Part shown: positions 61,191-64,000 of the stretch, piece after piece | Layout: each line of letters opens with the position of its first letter | How positions within the stretch are numbered: the stretch's first letter is position 1 | Source: an uncultured Actinomycetes bacterium | Lineage (GTDB): Bacteria; Actinomycetota; Thermoleophilia; Gaiellales; F1-60-MAGs149 | Assembly: GCA_963732645.1 (NCBI GenBank) | Contig: CAVTAC010000007.1 | Coordinates: forward strand, 226,161 to 290,160 | Length of the DNA: 64,000 nucleotides | Reading direction: 5' to 3' | Notes under the pieces: model-generated | The model's input: only the letters and a program-made list of their open reading frames with translations | Told to the model about the DNA's origin: nothing | The model's database searches: none | Program-made: the position numbers and the translations under genes

Positions 61191-61622
61191 TTGCCGCAGA
61201 AGACCTACAACCCCAAGCCCGGCGAGATCGATCGCTCCTGGTACGTCGTCGACGCCGACGGCGAGACGCTCGGCCGCCTCGCGACCCGCATCGCCGACAC
61301 GCTGCGCGGCAAGCGCAAGCCGCAGTACGCGCCGCACGTCGACACCGGCGACTTCGTGATCGTCGTCAACTGCGAGCGCATCCGCGTGACGGGCAACAAG
61401 CTCGAGCAGAAGATCTACTACCGCCACTCCGGCTATCCGGGCGGCATCAAGCAGCGAACGCTCGCCGAGCAGCTCGCCCGCCGTCCCGAAGAGGTCATCC
61501 GGCACGCCGTTCGCGGCATGCTGCCGAAGAACCGCATCGGCCGCGCGCAGCTCCGCAAGCTCAAGGTGTACGCCGGAACCGCGCATCCGCACGACGCGCA
61601 GCAGCCGACGGCGCTCCCGTGA
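61191..61622 (+). CDS. rplM: 50S ribosomal protein L13
   Basis: TTG start: (M)[21 protein letters not shown]...[34 protein letters not shown]...[10 protein letters not shown]. Confidence 0.95.
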   Translation: MPQKTYNPKPGEIDRSWYVVDADGETLGRLATRIADTLRGKRKPQYAPHVDTGDFVIVVNCERIRVTGNKLEQKIYYRHSGYPGGIKQRTLAEQLARRPEEVIRHAVRGMLPKNRIGRAQLRKLKVYAGTAHPHDAQQPTALP

Positions 61623-61642
61623 TTGCAGGAAGGATCTAGACG

Positions 61643-62042
61643 TTGGCTGAGGACAAGGCCGTCTACAACGGCACCGGCAAGCGCAAGACATCGGTCGCGC
61701 GCGTGCGCCTGACTGCCCGGTCAGGGCACGGTCACGTGCAACGGCCGCACCATCGAGGACTACTTCCCGCGCTCGAGCGACCGCATGCTCGCGCTCTCGT
61801 CGCTGGTGCTGTCCGGCCAGAACGAGCACTTCGACGTCATCGTGCGCCTGCACGGCGGCGGCGTCACGGGCCAGGCCGGCGCGCTGCGCCACGGCATCGC
61901 CCGGGCGCTCTGCGAGGCCGACCCGAACCTGCGGGGCGAGCTCAAGAAGGCGGGCTTCCTGACGCGCGACGCACGCGAGGTCGAGCGCAAGAAGGCCGGC
62001 TTCAAGAAGGCGCGCCGCCGCCCGCAGTTCTCCAAGCGCTAG
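61643..62042 (+). pseudogene. rpsI: 30S ribosomal protein S9; one frame break
   Basis: [17 protein letters not shown], then after a 1-nt shift near 61700 [17 protein letters not shown]...[19 protein letters not shown]...[17 protein letters not shown]. Confidence 0.9.
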
Positions 62043-62058
62043 ACCGCTCAGGCCGCGT

Positions 62059-63404
62059 GTGCCTAGGCACTTCTTCGGCACGGACGGCGTTCGCGGGCTC
62101 GCGAACGACGATCTCACGCCTGATCTCGCACTCTCGCTCGGCCGCGCCGTCGTGCGGCTCGCCGGCGAGCGGGGCGTCGACCGCCCGCGCGTCGTCGTCG
62201 GCCGCGATACGCGCCGCTCGGGGCCGATGCTCGAGGACGCGCTCTGCGCCGGCGTCGCCTCGGCCGGCGGCGTCGCGCTGCGCGCCGGCGTCGTCCCGAC
62301 GCCGGCGGTGGCCTGGCTGGTGCGCGACCGCGGCGCCGACCTCGGCGCCGTCATCTCCGCCAGCCACAACCCGTACCCCGACAACGGCATCAAGTTCTTC
62401 GGCGGCGACGGCTTCAAGCTCACCGACGCCGAGGAGCACCGCGTCGAGGCGCTGCTGAGCGAGGCGTTCGACCCGCCCACGGGCTACGGCGTCGGCACCA
62501 GCGAGGAGCTGGCCGACGGGCGCCGAGCAGTACATCGCGTACGTGGCGTCGGTGGTCGACCGCGACCTGCTCCGGCCTGCGCGTCGCGGTGGACTGCGCC
62601 AACGGCGCGGCGTCGGCCCTGGCCGGCCGGCTGCTCGACCGCCTCGGCGTCCGCCACGACCTCATCGGCGCGGCGCCCGAACGGCGTCAACATCAACGTC
62701 CGCGTCGGCTCGACGCACCTCGAGCACGTCGCCGCCAAGGTCGCCGCGGGCGGCTACGACCTCGGGCCTCGCCTTCGACGGCGACGCCGACCGCCTGCTG
62801 TGCGTCGATGCGGCGGGCAGCACCGTCGACGGCGACCACATCCTCGCGATCCTGGCGCGCGACCTGCTGGCCGCCGGCACGCTGCCCGGCAGCCAGGTGG
62901 TGCTCACCTCGATGGCCAACCTCGGGCTGCAGCGCGCGCTCGAGACGATGGGCTGCTCGACGATCGTGACCGACGTCGGCGACCGCTACGTGCTGGAGGC
63001 GATGCGCCGCGACGGCGCCGAGCTGGGCGGCGAGCAGTCGGGACACGTGATCGCGCTGGCGCACTCCACGACGGGTGACGGGCTGCTGACGGCGGCGCTG
63101 CTGCTGGCCGCGCTGGCCCACAGCCGGCGAGGGACTGGCCGACGCCGCGCGCCTGGTGACGAAGTTCCCCCAGCGCCTCGTCTCGGTGCGCGCCGACCGC
63201 ACGCGCCTGCGCGATGCCGAGGCCGTCTGGGAGGCCGTCCGCACCGTCGAGGCCGAGCTGGGCCGCGACGGCCGCGTGGTGCTGCGCGCCTCGGGCACCG
63301 AGCCGCTCGTGCGCGTGATGGTCGAGGCGGCCGACGAGGACGACTGCGAGCGCCTCTGCCAGTTGCTGGTGCAGACCGTCGAGCAGGAACTGGGCCTCGA
63401 CTAG
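62059..63404 (+). pseudogene. glmM: phosphoglucosamine mutase; about 5 frame breaks
   Basis: FGTDGVRG, SASHNPYPDNGIKFF, FDGDADR, GGEQSGH, LRASGTEPLVRVMVEA. Breaks are near 62520, 62575, 62680, 62770 and 63125. Confidence 0.9.
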
Positions 63405-63453
63405 CGTCCAGGGTTGGCGACGTCCGGGCGACGCCCGTCGTACACTGGCCCCC

Positions 63454-64000
63454 ATGCGTCTCTGGATCAGCGCGGCCGTGACGGCGGTCGTGCTCGCAAC
63501 CGCGCCCGCATCGTTCGGCGCGACACGTGTCGTGATCGCCGACAAGGGCTTCACCGAGAGCACGGTGATCACCCAGATCTACGGCCTCGCCCTCGAGGCG
63601 AAGGGCTACGAGGTCGTGTATCGCCGCGCTCCGTCCAGCGCCGTCGCCGACGCCGCGCTGCGCAAGGGGTCGATCGACCTCTACCCGGAGTACACCTCGA
63701 CGGCGCTGCTGACGCTGATGAACGAGCCGGCGACGAAGGACCTCAACGTCCTGCTGAAGAAGCTCAACGACCGCTACACCGCGGCGGGCCTGATCGCGAC
63801 GACGCCGACGCCGTTCGAGGACTCCAACCAGGTGGCGTGCACGGCGGCGGCCGTGAAGAAGCTCAACCTCGTCAACCTCAACACGCTGCGCCGCCACCCG
63901 CGCAGCATCGTCTACGCGGCCAACCAGGAGCACCTGCTGCGGCCCGACGGCCTGGTCGTGCTGGCGCGCGACTACGGCGCGCTGTTCCGCGGCCTCGAGA
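63454..64000 (+). CDS. glycine betaine/osmoprotectant ABC transporter substrate-binding protein (OpuBC/ProX-like); 3' end beyond window
   Basis: Own translation: MRLWISAAVTAVVLATAPASFGATRVVIADKGFTESTVITQIYGLALEAKGY...IDLYPEYTS. Open at the right edge, hence not in the ORF track. Confidence 0.7.
   Translation, partial: MRLWISAAVTAVVLATAPASFGATRVVIADKGFTESTVITQIYGLALEAKGYEVVYRRAPSSAVADAALRKGSIDLYPEYTSTALLTLMNEPATKDLNVLLKKLNDRYTAAGLIATTPTPFEDSNQVACTAAAVKKLNLVNLNTLRRHPRSIVYAANQEHLLRPDGLVVLARDYGALFRGLE

Noticed and set aside
3514-63404. Programmed ribosomal frameshifting as an explanation for the frame breaks.
   Set aside because: There are far too many sites, both +1 and -1. They are not at slippery heptamers with downstream structures, and they occur in genes never known to use recoding.

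Overview
Very GC-rich (by eye about 70% or more, not computed) chromosomal segment that looks like a core-genome region of an Actinomycetota-type bacterium. Supporting signs are GTG/TTG starts, many 1-4 nt stop/start overlaps, a GuaB3-type IMPDH paralog, an MMPL transporter and Cheo-type SOS boxes. I can support about 70 protein genes and one tRNA-Arg(CCG). I see no rRNA, CRISPR array, transposase or integrase.

Main blocks:
- relA.
- A minus-strand formate dehydrogenase (FDH) operon: selenocysteine-containing catalytic module, fused NuoE/NuoF-like subunit, separately encoded Fe-S module, fdhD, moeA.
- A divergent FAD-oxidoreductase/mobA/PLP-decarboxylase unit, separated from the FDH operon by an 89-nt polypyrimidine/polypurine tract.
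- An ArsR + P1B-ATPase metal cluster next to the tRNA.
- A tightly coupled operon: L-Ala-D/L-Glu epimerase, DUF1611, M29 aminopeptidase, folP-like gene, phosphoesterase, preceded by a secreted LAS-type peptidase.
- MMPL/LysR/MFS; a sigma-70 factor; hisS-aspS; rph-rdgB; pyrE, HU, pyrF; a DD-carboxypeptidase, pfkB, guaB3-guaA; rplM-rpsI-glmM.

Caveat on frames: many conserved genes can only be read by switching reading frame. My manual estimate is roughly 80-90 frame breaks, strongly clustered. They hit essential single-copy genes (guaA, glmM, rpsI), so I treat most as assembly or sequencing indels. Type 'pseudogene' below means 'reading frame disrupted as assembled', not a claim of biological decay.

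Most interesting signals:
1. Two LexA boxes wrapped around a near-consensus, apparently leaderless promoter of a small TM+LysM protein (YneA/ChiZ-like candidate), plus a third SOS box at a DnaQ-exonuclease/GIY-YIG fusion gene.
2. An in-frame TGA with an fdhF-like SECIS hairpin in the FDH catalytic module.
3. A split and order-permuted FDH alpha subunit.
4. The G-run-rich polypurine tract in the FDH control region.
5. Two families of intergenic palindromic repeats.

I did not find a clearly novel multi-gene system. All claims are from reading the sequence, with no database searches.
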